NCBI GenBank assembly: GCA_963796275.1
Contig: CAWCKY010000001.1
Location: 960,001 to 1,024,000, forward strand
DNA from: an uncultured Acidobacteriota bacterium
GTDB taxonomy: Bacteria; Acidobacteriota; Blastocatellia; RBC074
Reading direction: 5' to 3'
DNA: 64,000 nt
Shown: positions 10,153 to 22,064 of the stretch, piece after piece
Layout: the number at the start of each line of letters is the position of its first letter
How positions within the stretch are numbered: position 1 is the stretch's first letter
Notes under the pieces: generated by a model
Seen by the model: only the letters and a program-made list of their open reading frames with translations
What the model was told of the DNA's origin: nothing
Database searches by the model: none
Program-made: the position numbers and the translations under genes

Positions 10153-13100
10153 ATGAATTACCGTGACAAGAGGTCGATGAGACGCGTGCGCTTACGATCA
10201 GCCGCCATGCTGTACGGAGCGATGTTTCTCATTCTGATCCTGAGCTCACATTTAATAGCCGGCGCGCAGACCACAACTGCGACGCTCAGCGGGACCGTCA
10301 CCGACAACAAAGGCGCGGTTGTTCCAGATGTCAGCATTACCATCTCGAGCCCAGCGACGGGATTGAAGCGGCAGACGACGACCAATTCCGAAGGGTTTTT
10401 CACCGTACCATTGCTGCCGCCGGGCCTTTATTCGCTGCAGGCCGCACGCACCGGCTTCGCCCCGGTCGAGATCAATAATGTCGAATTGCCGGTAGCCGGC
10501 CAGGTCGCGCTCGATATAAATCTACGGGTGGGCGGCATCGGCGACGAAATCAACATCTCCGCCGCGGCGCCTCTTCTCCAAACCGATACGAGCGCGCTGG
10601 CTGAAGTCGTCGGTAATCGACAGGTCGAGCTTTTGCCGATCAATGGTCGTGATTTCCGCCGGCTGACAACGCTTCTGCCCGGATCAGCGCCGCGCTCGCA
10701 GCGCGGGTCGCTCGGATCGTTTACCGTCAACGGGCAGCGTGAGAAAGCCAACATATTCCTGGTCGATGGCGTTGACAATAACGATTCGTTCCGCAACCAG
10801 CCTTCGTTCAATCAGGGCGGGGTGACGGGGGCGCCTGCGACGCTCATGCCGGTAGATGCGCTCGGCGAATTCACGCTACAAACGCAGGGAGCGGCCGAAT
10901 ACGGGCGCAATTCAGGCGCCGTCGTCAACATCGTGCTCAAGAGCGGTACCAACGAGTTTCATGGGACGGCTTATGACTTTCTGCGCAACGACAATCTCGA
11001 CGCGCGCAACTTCTTCGAAACTCGGAAGAACGAATTTCGCAATAACAACTTCGGCGGCGTGCTCGGCGGCCCGATCATAAAAGACCGCACATTCTTCTTT
11101 TCCGGATTTGAGGGGCAGCGCGAATTCGTCTTTTCTCCCTTCGTCGTGCAAGTGCCGAACGCGGCTGACCTGGCAGCTGCCCGGCTGGTCAATGCGGCGG
11201 CGGGTCGGGCCGAAAACCCGTTAAGCGCGAACATCTTGCAGCTCTTTCCGCAGCCCAATCTGAATGTTGCCTCAGGAAACAATTACTCGTTCGCAGCGCC
11301 CAATACGAATAACAGCAATAATTTTACGGCCAAGATCGATCACCGCTTAAACGATCGGTACACCTTGAGCGGCCGTTATATTTTCGGCGATGGTGATCAG
11401 GTCTTTCCGCTGACCACCGGCAACGGGTCGCCGCTACCGGCTTACCAGACAGTTGTACCTACGCGCGTTCAGTTGTTCGGATTGAATCTATCGCAAATTT
11501 TATCGCCCAACATCGTCAACGAAACGCGGATCGCTTACAACAGATTTGTACAAAACTTCACACCGCTCGACGCCGGTTTCGATCCGGCGAGCATCGGTCT
11601 GGTGACGGGCGCAATGTCGCTACCGACCATCACGATCACGGGGTACGTCCCGCTCGGCGCGCCGACGAACGTGCCGCGCGGGCGCGTCAGCAGCGGCTAT
11701 CAATTCGTCGACAACCTGACCTGGACGCGCAAGTTGCACACTTACAAAACGGGAGGCGAATATCGGCGGGCGATCGTTAATTCATTCAACGATCAATTGG
11801 CGCGCGGCCGGTTGAATTTCAATTCCCCCGCCAACATCTGCCCACCGGATAGTCCCCCTGGAGCCTGCCAGCAGATACCGGCGAGCATCAACAGCCTCGC
11901 CGATTTCCTCGCCGGCCAAGTTTCAACAACAGGAACCGCAATTCTGCGCGGCGCGACCCGGCGCGATACCTTCACCAATAATTTCGGTCTGTTCATCCAG
12001 GATGACTGGAAGGTCAAGCCGCGACTGACGCTGAATCTGGGGTTGCGTTACGAATATTTGGGCGTCTTCCGTGAGCAGTACAATCGGCTTTCGAACTTCG
12101 TTCCTAGCAGCGGGCTAGTGCCAGTGGGCGGAGCGGGGCTCAACAACTTGTACGAACCGGACTACAACAACTTCGCGCCGCGTCTGGGGTTTGCATTAGA
12201 TCTGACGGGTGTTGGTCACACCATCCTGCGCGGCGGTTATGGTTGGTATTACGACACGCCGTCGCAGGATTACTTCTTGCTGCAGGGATTTCAGAACGCC
12301 GGCCCCGGCAGCCCGGCGCTCAATCCGCTGCCCGGCCTGGGCGTCTTCAACCTGATTTTTCCTGATGGCGCGACGATCCCTTATGGGCCGAACGTTCCGA
12401 TCTTCGGTGCGGCGAGCGGCTCATTGCCAACCACGAATATTTCGATCTTCGGGGTCGACCTCGAACATGCGAACGCCGTACATTCAGAACTTCAACCTCA
12501 ACATACAACACGAATTTCGGCCCGGATCGGTCTTGCAGCTAGCGTATGTCGGCTCACGCGGGACCAGACTCTTCCGCGTGCGAGACATCAATCAAGCCAA
12601 TCTGGCCGCCCCGGGTTCGACGTTGACGCTTCAGCAGCGGCGCCCGTTCAACGCCCAGTTCCCGCAGTTCTCATTCATCAACTATCTCGAGGCATCGGCC
12701 AATTCGAACTACAACGCCTTGCAGACAACTTTCAAACAGAGGCTGTCGCGCGGATTGAATTTGTACGCGGCATACACCTGGTCCAAATCGATAGACGATG
12801 CTTCGAATGGCATCTATTCGGGCACACGCGGCATCTCGTTCCCACAGGACAGCCATAACCTGCGGGCCGAGCGCGCCGTGTCAGCCTTTGACATGCGCCA
12901 CCGATTCACGCTCAACTTCATGTATGATGTGAATTTCCTCGCCAGTCTTTTCAGTTCATTGCCTAAGCGATTGACCGAGGGGTGGCAGCTCGGCGGGATA
13001 TACACGGGTCAGAGCGGATCCCCGATAACGCCGTTCCTGAGCATCGACAATAGCGGCACAGCCGAACTGAACGATCGTCCGAACCTGGTGGGCGATCCGA

Positions 13101-13447
13101 ACTCCGGGCCGCGGAGCCCGAACGCATGGTTCAACAGAGCGGCGTTCGCCCTCCCGATTGGCCAATCATTCGGGACTTCGCCTCGCAATGTGATCATAGG
13201 CCCGGACTACCACAGCGTAGATTTTTCGATGAATAAATTGACCAAAGTTACAGAGCAGCTTTCTCTGCAATTCCGGGCCGAGATTTTCAATATCTTCAAC
13301 AGGGCGAACTTCAGCCTCCCGAACGTTGATTTCAACAGCACCAGTTTTGGCCAAATCAGCGAAACGCCGGATGTGACCGCCGGCAATCCGCGCCTCGCCG
13401 AAGGCGGCCCGCGCGTGATTCAGTTTGGGCTGAAGGTTATATTCTGA
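10153..13447 (+). CDS. TonB-dependent receptor (Oar-like, N-terminal carboxypeptidase-regulatory domain), one +1 frameshift near 12460
   Basis: ORFs 10105..12858 and 12365..13447 join into one receptor (LPINGRDF, KSGTNEFHG, FIQDDWKV, NNFAPRLGFA, C-terminal PRVIQFGLKVIF). GGAGG RBS before ATG 10153. Confidence 0.9.
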
Positions 13448-13456
13448 CGGAAGAAC

Positions 13457-13667
13457 GGCAGGCAGTAGGCAGTTCGTGTAAGCAGTCAGGCGAAGATTTG
13501 GACGTATTTTCATTTTACATTTGTCATTTTAGATTTTGTCATTTGTCATTGAAGATATGGAGCTTCTTCAATGACAAATGACAAATGACAAATCTAAAAT
13601 GACAAATGTAGAATAGTTGGATTGTTGCCATCGTGCATGCGAACTGCCTACTGCCTACTGCCTACTG
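13457..13667. repeat. Nested heptamer-repeat palindromes (outer GGCAGTA/TACTGCC with split family-A core; inner TTTGTCA/TGACAAA)
   Basis: Outer arms GGCAGTAGGCAGTTCG...CGAACTGCCTACTGCC; inner arms ~13510-13552 and ~13567-13613; lies between convergent genes. Confidence 0.85.
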
Positions 13668-14280
13668 AATTCGCCTGCTGGTTGCCTCCGAAGATGCCGC
13701 GGGCTCGCATTAACAAGCGCCGGATGGCCCGGACTATTTTAGGTAGGAGCCAGAGCGCGATGATAAGAAAGATTACGACGACGACCAGGATCACAACTGG
13801 ATAAAATGCCATTAGTATGGCTGAGCCGAATGTCAGCGCATCTTCGCCGAGGCTCAGCGCGACGTTCGAGATCGGCTCGGGGCTCGTATTGGCGGCCAGG
13901 CGAGTCGCCGCTTTCGTCCCATGCGAACTGAGCGCGATGCCGCCGCCCATAATCATCGCGGCGATCTTTACAGCCGGATCGAAATCCGCAAACGCGGATG
14001 CTGCCAATATGGCCCCTGCCGGCACGCGTATGAAAGTGTGAAGCGCATCCCAGGCCGTATCGATCGCGGGGATTTTATCGGCGATAAATTCGATCGTATA
14101 GAGGATGACCGCCAGACCGATGACCCACCATTCGCCTAGCATCGTCAAATCGCCGGGAAGCTTGACCAGGTGATATCGTTCGAGTATGCCGAGCGTGGCG
14201 ACGGTGGCGTAGAGGTTTATACCTGAAAGCCACGCCGAGCCCATCGCCGTCCCTAAAATTGAAATCCAATCTGCCGTCAT
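13648..14280 (-). CDS. DUF4126-family membrane protein
   Basis: SGINLYATV, EFIADKIPAIDTAWDALHTFIRVPAGA, SPEPISNVALSLGED motifs. Confidence 0.85.
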   Translation of the reverse strand: MTADWISILGTAMGSAWLSGINLYATVATLGILERYHLVKLPGDLTMLGEWWVIGLAVILYTIEFIADKIPAIDTAWDALHTFIRVPAGAILAASAFADFDPAVKIAAMIMGGGIALSSHGTKAATRLAANTSPEPISNVALSLGEDALTFGSAILMAFYPVVILVVVVIFLIIALWLLPKIVRAIRRLLMRARGIFGGNQQANSVGSRQ

Positions 14281-14386
14281 TTGAGCTCTGCTAATTAACC
14301 GGAAATTACTTGGCAATTATATCTTTTATTGCGCTGATTCACAGGCGGAACTTGCCAGCATCTGCGTCTATGGATAACATCTTTGG

Positions 14387-15743
<1,357 letters not shown>

Positions 15744-15751
<8 letters not shown>

Positions 15752-15825
15752 TTTTCAGTTTTTAGTTGAGCGGTCTCGATCGGCGACTAAAAACTGGAAA
15801 CTAAAAACTAAAAACTGAAAAATAT
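15744..15825. repeat. Heptamer-repeat palindrome (TTTTYAG / CTRAAAA arms), family C
   Basis: Arms flank TCTCGATCGGCGACT; the same core occurs at ~52897. Confidence 0.8.
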
Positions 15826-15843
15826 TTTCTGAGGAGTCATATT

Positions 15844-17034
15844 TTGAAGATACAATATCGAACAGTATCCATTTTTTTCGCGATCACAACCTTGATTGCG
15901 GTTCAATCGTGCAGCATGTTGCGCGGGAACGAATATAAAACCATGTCATCGATCGATTTATCCGCCCTGGCTGAGAGCTTCCCGGAATCGGCGAAGCGCG
16001 CTCTCTCACAGAATGAAAATCATCGGAAGCAGCTGATTGAAACTTTCAAGAAATCATTTTCACTCGCGCAGGCGGCAGAGGCCGAAGGCTTGGAGAAGTC
16101 CGACAAATTCAAACGGCAACTGGGCCTGACTGTCGATAATCTGCTTGCGACCGAGCACCGGAAGCGCAATCCCAATGTGAGCATCTCTAAAGAGGAGATG
16201 GATGCTTATTACGCTTCCCACAAAGAGGAGTGCGAAGCTGATTTCAAAGCGATCTTCGATGGGCAGACGCCTCCCCCCGGAGAAGATATGAAGGAGATGT
16301 TTAAATCCCAATGGAACAATATAAAGGTTCTATCCGATAAAGCGCGTCAGAGCGGTCTCGAGAAGGAACAGGCCTTTGGGATACAGCTCAAATTCCGCAA
16401 GGCGAATATGCTGGCCGAACATTATAAAGAGGAGCTCGAAAAGCGCTTCAAACTCACGCCAGAGGAGAAGACAAAATATATCGCCGAGCACCCGGAAGCC
16501 GATCCGGAAAAGGTCAAGCAGAAAGCCGAAGGGATACTCGACCGGGTCAAGAAGGGCGAGAGTTTCGACAAGATAGCTGATGAGGTCAGTAAGGACAGCG
16601 CCAAGGGAAGAAGCGAAGACTTGGGTTGGTTTACCAGGGGGCGAATGGTTCCGGAATTCGAGCAGGCCGTTTTTGCCATGAAAAAAGGCGAAACGAGTAA
16701 CGAGCTGGTCAAGACCAAATTCGGGTACCACATCATTCGAGTCGATGATAAACGTACATCCAAACAGCCGCCGCCGCCTGCTGCTCTCATGGCTCCCTTA
16801 CCCGGCGGCGATACCAATCCGGGAGCGAACCAAAATAACCAGCCCGTGGAAGAGGTACGCGCGCGCCATATCCTGATCAGTACCAAGGAGGCGGATGAGT
16901 TCGAGCAGCGCTTGATCGAAGAGAAAGTCAAAAAACTCCTGGACGAGACGGAAGGCAAATTTCCGGTCAATGCGCCGGCGGATTTCCAGATCAGCGTCAC
17001 AGGACAGGATCCCAAAGCTGCGCCAGGCAAGTGA
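15844..17034 (+). CDS. Parvulin-type peptidyl-prolyl isomerase (PrsA/SurA-like, probable lipoprotein)
   Basis: [53 protein letters not shown]; lipobox-like VQSC. Confidence 0.88.
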   Translation: MKIQYRTVSIFFAITTLIAVQSCSMLRGNEYKTMSSIDLSALAESFPESAKRALSQNENHRKQLIETFKKSFSLAQAAEAEGLEKSDKFKRQLGLTVDNLLATEHRKRNPNVSISKEEMDAYYASHKEECEADFKAIFDGQTPPPGEDMKEMFKSQWNNIKVLSDKARQSGLEKEQAFGIQLKFRKANMLAEHYKEELEKRFKLTPEEKTKYIAEHPEADPEKVKQKAEGILDRVKKGESFDKIADEVSKDSAKGRSEDLGWFTRGRMVPEFEQAVFAMKKGETSNELVKTKFGYHIIRVDDKRTSKQPPPPAALMAPLPGGDTNPGANQNNQPVEEVRARHILISTKEADEFEQRLIEEKVKKLLDETEGKFPVNAPADFQISVTGQDPKAAPGK

Positions 17035-17098
17035 TTTCGGATTGCAAATATTTTCTGAGATACTCAAATCTCAAATTGAGGTCTCAGATGAGGGGGCG

Positions 17099-17968
17099 AT
17101 GGAGAAAGCACAGATTGGAATCATCGGCGGTAGCGGTTTGTATCAGATGGAAGATCTGAGCGATGTGCATGAGGTCAGCGTGGAGACGCCGTTCGGCATG
17201 CCTTCCGACAATTTCATATTGGGTACGCTTGAAGATATGCGCGTCGCCTTTCTCGCGCGGCACGGGCGCGGGCATCGGCTGCTGCCTTCCGAACTTCCGT
17301 TTCGCGCGAACATTTATGCGATGAAGCTCCTCGGCGTCGAGTGGATTATCTCCGCTTCGGCCGTCGGTTCGCTGCAGGAACAGTATGCCCCGACCGATGT
17401 TGTCATACCCGATCAATTTTTTGACCGCACGCGCGGCCGGGTTTCGACTTTCTTCGGCGATGGGATTGTCGGGCACATCACTTTCGCGCATCCGGTCTGC
17501 AGCGATCTGAGTGAAATGATGGCGCAATCCTGCGAGGCGATAGGCGTGAAAGTGCATCGCGGGGGCACATACCTGTGTATGGAAGGCCCGGCTTTCTCGA
17601 CGCTGGCCGAATCGCGCCTCTATCGCAGCTGGGGGATGGACGTCATCGGCATGACCAACCTGCAGGAAGCCAAGCTCGCGCGAGAAGCGGAAGTCTGTTA
17701 TGCAACGATGGCGCTGGTAACCGATTACGATTGCTGGCATCCGGATCACGATGCGGTGACTGTCGATATGGTCATAGATTACCTCAATAAAAATTCGGCC
17801 AACGCCCAGCGGGTGATTCGCGAGACAGTGCGCCGGCTGGCCCGATTCGACAAACCGTGCCAATACTCATCGGCAGTCAGAAATGCGATTCTGACGAGGC
17901 GGGCTGACATCCCGCCGGAAACGATCAAAAAATTGGCGGCGATCCTCGGCAAATACGAGGGAGACTGA
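17099..17968 (+). CDS. mtnP: S-methyl-5'-thioadenosine phosphorylase
   Basis: [40 protein letters not shown]. Confidence 0.95.
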   Translation: MEKAQIGIIGGSGLYQMEDLSDVHEVSVETPFGMPSDNFILGTLEDMRVAFLARHGRGHRLLPSELPFRANIYAMKLLGVEWIISASAVGSLQEQYAPTDVVIPDQFFDRTRGRVSTFFGDGIVGHITFAHPVCSDLSEMMAQSCEAIGVKVHRGGTYLCMEGPAFSTLAESRLYRSWGMDVIGMTNLQEAKLAREAEVCYATMALVTDYDCWHPDHDAVTVDMVIDYLNKNSANAQRVIRETVRRLARFDKPCQYSSAVRNAILTRRADIPPETIKKLAAILGKYEGD

Positions 17969-18049
17969 GGCCGATGATTATCCTTGCAACCGAAACGCTT
18001 GCGAACGTTCATGAGCCTATATAAGACTATCTTAGACACGGGAGGTTTT

Positions 18050-18538
18050 ATGACAACTAGATTGAAATTTGCCTGTTCATTAGTGTTTGCATCGGCAATG
18101 ACTGCGTCGATCGTCTCAGCTGGCACGTCTCGCACGGCTCACTCAATCTTTAACGGGGGTGTTTTTCAACAAGGCCCCGGTCGCGGCCCGATCACCCAAC
18201 CGCGTGATCCCGAGCTCGAGAAGACGGCGGGACATAATTTGGAAGTCGCAAAATATTATTTCTACAAGCGCAAACCTGAAAAAAAAGACAAGGAAAGTTG
18301 GGCGCGCCTGAATAAATCTATCGAAAGCCGTCTGCTCGAGATAATCGATACGAACCCGAGCTTCTCGCGGATGGACGACGTCTACTTCATGCTCGGCGAA
18401 CTCTATAAGCGTATCGGCGAGATAGATAAAGCCGTTGACAATTGGGGCAGAGCGTTCAAAGAGACCTCTGACGAAAAGATAAAATCGGACGCGCAGAAAC
18501 GGCTCGATGAAGCCAGGGCTCAGAAAGGAGATGGATAA
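18050..18538 (+). CDS. Small exported TPR-like protein (BamD/YfiO-like helices)
   Basis: GGAGG RBS, signal peptide, HNLEVAKYYF...MDDVYFMLGELY TPR-type helices. Confidence 0.7.
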   Translation: MTTRLKFACSLVFASAMTASIVSAGTSRTAHSIFNGGVFQQGPGRGPITQPRDPELEKTAGHNLEVAKYYFYKRKPEKKDKESWARLNKSIESRLLEIIDTNPSFSRMDDVYFMLGELYKRIGEIDKAVDNWGRAFKETSDEKIKSDAQKRLDEARAQKGDG

Positions 18539-18610
18539 TGGGGATAATTGATAATGGATAATTGGGAAGATTCTCAAACTATCAACCATCAACCATCAAC
18601 TATCAACTAT
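18534..18610. repeat. Heptamer-repeat palindrome (TGATAAT / TATCAAC type)
   Basis: GATAATTGATAATGGATAATT...CTATCAACCATCAACCATCAACTATCAAC. Confidence 0.7.
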
Positions 18611-18615
18611 TTATT

Positions 18616-19533
18616 ATGTCATCACCCACACATTTATCAGTAGTCGGCTCGGTCGCCATCGATTCCATACGTACGCCATTCGGTGCGCGGGAGCGCAGTC
18701 TGGGCGGAGCCGCGCTTCACTTCTCGGTCTCCGCATCGTTTTTTACCGATGTCTCAGTTGTTGGAGTCATCGGCGATGATTTTACGGGAGAAGACGAAGC
18801 TGTATTTCACGAACGTAATATCAATATAGAAAACCTGCGACGCATCGCCGGCGGCAAAACATTTCGCTGGGAGGGCGAATATGGTTACGATTTGAATACA
18901 GCGCGAACGGTAGACACTCAACTCAACGTATTCGCCGATTTCAATCCGGAGCTATCCGAATCGGTGAAGCGATCGCCTTTTCTATTCCTGGCGAACATTC
19001 AGCCGACCTTGCAGCGTCAGGTGCGCGAGCAGGTGGATGCCCGTTTCGTCGCGATGGACACGATGAACTACTGGATCGAAAATGCACGAGATGAGCTGCT
19101 TAAAACCATCGGAGTCGTGGACGCGCTGATAATCAATGATGCAGAGGTGCGCGAACTGGCGGGGGAATCGAACCTCATCCGGGCCGCCAAGAAGCTCCTG
19201 AGTCTCGGCCCACAGATGCTGATAGTCAAACGCGGCGAGTATGGGGCGGCGTTCTTTACCAATGATTCTTATTTTGCGACTCCAGCTTTCCCGCTCGATA
19301 GCGTATTCGATCCGACCGGCGCAGGCGACAGTTTCGCCGGAGGTTTCATGGGATACCTGGCGCAGGCGGATAAGATCGATGAGTCGACATTACGCCGCTC
19401 TGTGATATACGGATCGGTCATGGCATCTTACAACGTCGAGGAATTCAGCTGCGATCGCCTGAGGCGTCTGAAACCGGAGGATATCCGTGAGAGGTTCCAT
19501 CGATTTAAAGAATTTACGCATTTCGAGATTTGA
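18616..19533 (+). CDS. PfkB/ribokinase-family carbohydrate or nucleoside kinase
   Basis: VVGSVAID, IVKRGEYGA, DPTGAGDSFAGGF signature. Confidence 0.92.
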   Translation: MSSPTHLSVVGSVAIDSIRTPFGARERSLGGAALHFSVSASFFTDVSVVGVIGDDFTGEDEAVFHERNINIENLRRIAGGKTFRWEGEYGYDLNTARTVDTQLNVFADFNPELSESVKRSPFLFLANIQPTLQRQVREQVDARFVAMDTMNYWIENARDELLKTIGVVDALIINDAEVRELAGESNLIRAAKKLLSLGPQMLIVKRGEYGAAFFTNDSYFATPAFPLDSVFDPTGAGDSFAGGFMGYLAQADKIDESTLRRSVIYGSVMASYNVEEFSCDRLRRLKPEDIRERFHRFKEFTHFEI

Positions 19534-19654
19534 AGCGACGCTACTGAACAAACGGAAAGGTCGTAATTTACGTGTCTATGCAGGGTAAACGCGCGGTTCT
19601 TGCATTTTCCGTTTTGTTTAGTGTTTTCCTCTGCCCACTTACCAAATCCAGTTT

Positions 19655-20506
19655 ATGCATTTCTATAAATTCCAGGCGCTGGGCAATGATTTTCTGATCG
19701 TACGTGAGCCGGATTTACTAAAAGTCGCGGATGACTTGGAGAGTTTTGCGCGCACCATCTGTGATCGCCACTACGGCGCCGGTGCGGACGGGCTGGAAGT
19801 GCTGCTGGAAAGGACATCGGTCGCTGGCGCCGATTTCGAGGTTCGTCTCTTCAATGCGGATGGCGGAGAGACGCCCATTTCAGGTAATGGGACACGTTGC
19901 GTTGCTGCATACCTGTACCTGATAGAGGGCTGGGATAAGCCGCTGGTGAGAATCGCCACTGGGGCCGGTGTTAAAATATTGCGGCAGGTCGGTGAGCGTG
20001 ACAGGTGCTTGATTTTCGAATCGGAGATGGGGTTGCCATGGTTGAAAAGCGATGAAATTCCATTGCGGCTTGCACAACCTCTGGAACGCGTGGTTCGCCA
20101 GAAGCTGAATGTCGAAGGGCGGACGATCGATTTCACCGCGGTGTCGATGGGCAATCCGCATTGCAGCATTTTCGTGGATGATTTCGATTCGTTCGATTGG
20201 CGGGCGCTCGGAGCGGCGATTGAAGTGCATGAGTCGTTTCCCGATCGGACAAACGTGGAATTTGTCCGCATCATTAACCGGAATGAGATCGAAGTGCGGT
20301 TCTGGGAGCGCGGTTGCGGTGAGACGCTCGCTTCAGGTACCGGTTCCTGCGGAGCCGCACTGGCTTCCATGCTCAACGGATTGACGGATAAAAAAGTACG
20401 CGTGCTCACGCCCGGCGGTCCGCTCATAGTCGAATGGCGGGAAGACGGTACCGTAATCCAGACTGGGGAAGCGTGCCCAGTTTTTCGGGCCACACTGATC
20501 CCATAG
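19655..20506 (+). CDS. dapF: Diaminopimelate epimerase
   Basis: KFQALGNDF, GADG, FNADGG..SGNGTRC, SMGNPHC, TNVEF, ERGCGETLASGTG. Confidence 0.93.
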   Translation: MHFYKFQALGNDFLIVREPDLLKVADDLESFARTICDRHYGAGADGLEVLLERTSVAGADFEVRLFNADGGETPISGNGTRCVAAYLYLIEGWDKPLVRIATGAGVKILRQVGERDRCLIFESEMGLPWLKSDEIPLRLAQPLERVVRQKLNVEGRTIDFTAVSMGNPHCSIFVDDFDSFDWRALGAAIEVHESFPDRTNVEFVRIINRNEIEVRFWERGCGETLASGTGSCGAALASMLNGLTDKKVRVLTPGGPLIVEWREDGTVIQTGEACPVFRATLIP

Positions 20507-20601
20507 TTTTCAGACAGAATGCAAAGTGACAATCATATAATGACGCACCTTGTTTCCCTGTCACTATTTGTGTCGGTGGGTTACTCGGCGGAGGTGGAAC
20601 C

Positions 20602-20928
20602 GTGACTGACGCATTGGTTGTATTAACGACTGTCGAAAAATCCGATGAAGGCGAGAACCTGGCTCGATTGATAATTGATAGCGGGTTGGCAGCTTGTGTT
20701 CAGATACTGCCGCCCATAACTTCGGTATATCGCTGGGAGGGGAAGATCGAAAAGGCTAATGAAATTCTCCTCCTAATTAAAACTACACGCGTTGCATACA
20801 CTGAGCTTGAGAAATTAATAATACAGAATCATTCATACCAAATCCCCGAAATCATATCTTTGCCTGTCGAAAATGGATTAAAAGATTACCTTGACTGGTT
20901 GACTATATCCATGAGAAAGTTTGAATGA
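20602..20928 (+). CDS. cutA: Divalent-cation tolerance protein CutA
   Basis: LAACVQI, SVYRWEGKIE, HSYQIPEII. Confidence 0.93.
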   Translation: MTDALVVLTTVEKSDEGENLARLIIDSGLAACVQILPPITSVYRWEGKIEKANEILLLIKTTRVAYTELEKLIIQNHSYQIPEIISLPVENGLKDYLDWLTISMRKFE

Positions 20929-21186
20929 CCGGTTGAGTGCCCATTGCCACCCCCTAATCCCTGCTTGCCCATGGCGACAGGAATTGTGTAAAGTAAGTCT
21001 AACGATCCCCTATATGACCCGACTGATCGAAGCATTGAAAGCTCAGTCTTGGTTCCTTGCGACCAGCGTCTCTCAACTCCCTCACGCTGTGAGTTTGACC
21101 AAAGGCCATGACGTATAGCTGCCACTAGCTGAGCAAGCGACACCTCGATCGAAAGATCTTCAAGTATTTATTCAAGGAGCTAAATA

Positions 21187-21903
21187 ATGGCGATGCGTGT
21201 ACTAGTAATTGAAGACGAACATAAGATGGCCGATCTGATTAAGCGAGGTCTTGAGGAAGAGGGTATAGAAGTAGAAACGGCATATGACGGTGATACAGGG
21301 CTTGAAGCGGGGAAGAGTGGAAAGCATGACCTGATCATCTTAGACCTCGGACTTCCCGGACGGGACGGTCTTGATATTTCGAATGAAATAAGATCTTCCG
21401 GCATCAGAACGCCAATCATGATTCTTACGGCACAAGACAGCACGGAAATGAAGGTAAGAGGCTTGGACAGCGGGGCTGATGATTATCTGACCAAGCCTTT
21501 CGCGTTTGCGGAGATGCTGGCTCGCATCCGCGCCATCCAGCGCCGCACATTGTCGGAAGATTCGACCAGGCTTCAAATCGGAGACCTTTCGCTTAACCTG
21601 ATAAATCGGCGTGTTGCGCGAGCCAATGTAGAAGTACAATTAACGGGCAAAGAATTTGCCCTGCTTGAGTTTTTCATGCGCCATCCCGATGAAATTCTCT
21701 CGCGTGAAACTCTTTCAGAGAAAGTATGGGAAGAGACATTTGATACCTTAACCAACGTCATAGATGTATATATAAATTATCTCCGCAACAAGATCGACCG
21801 GCAATTCGAACCCAAATTGATTCACACGGTCCGCGGTGTGGGATATATGTTCAAGACGCCGGCAGCCGAATCGCGACTGCTTGCGGAAACGAAAGCCTCT
21901 TAA
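21187..21903 (+). CDS. OmpR/CusR-family response regulator
   Basis: IED, ILDLGLPG, GADDYLTKPF receiver; LTGKEFALL, NVIDVYINYLRNK, IHTVRGVGY winged helix. Confidence 0.95.
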   Translation: MAMRVLVIEDEHKMADLIKRGLEEEGIEVETAYDGDTGLEAGKSGKHDLIILDLGLPGRDGLDISNEIRSSGIRTPIMILTAQDSTEMKVRGLDSGADDYLTKPFAFAEMLARIRAIQRRTLSEDSTRLQIGDLSLNLINRRVARANVEVQLTGKEFALLEFFMRHPDEILSRETLSEKVWEETFDTLTNVIDVYINYLRNKIDRQFEPKLIHTVRGVGYMFKTPAAESRLLAETKAS

Positions 21904-22064
21904 CGAGAGCGAAAATAAATAGGAGAGGGGGAGAACGGAATTAGGGAATGGAGTGGCGGGAGCCGAAAGAAAATCCTGCTGCCCAATCCGTCCCTCACTA
22001 GCCGGATCTCCCGCCCTCACGTTTTACAGGTTCACCGGTTTCCCGCTCTCCGGGACGCCCCGAT

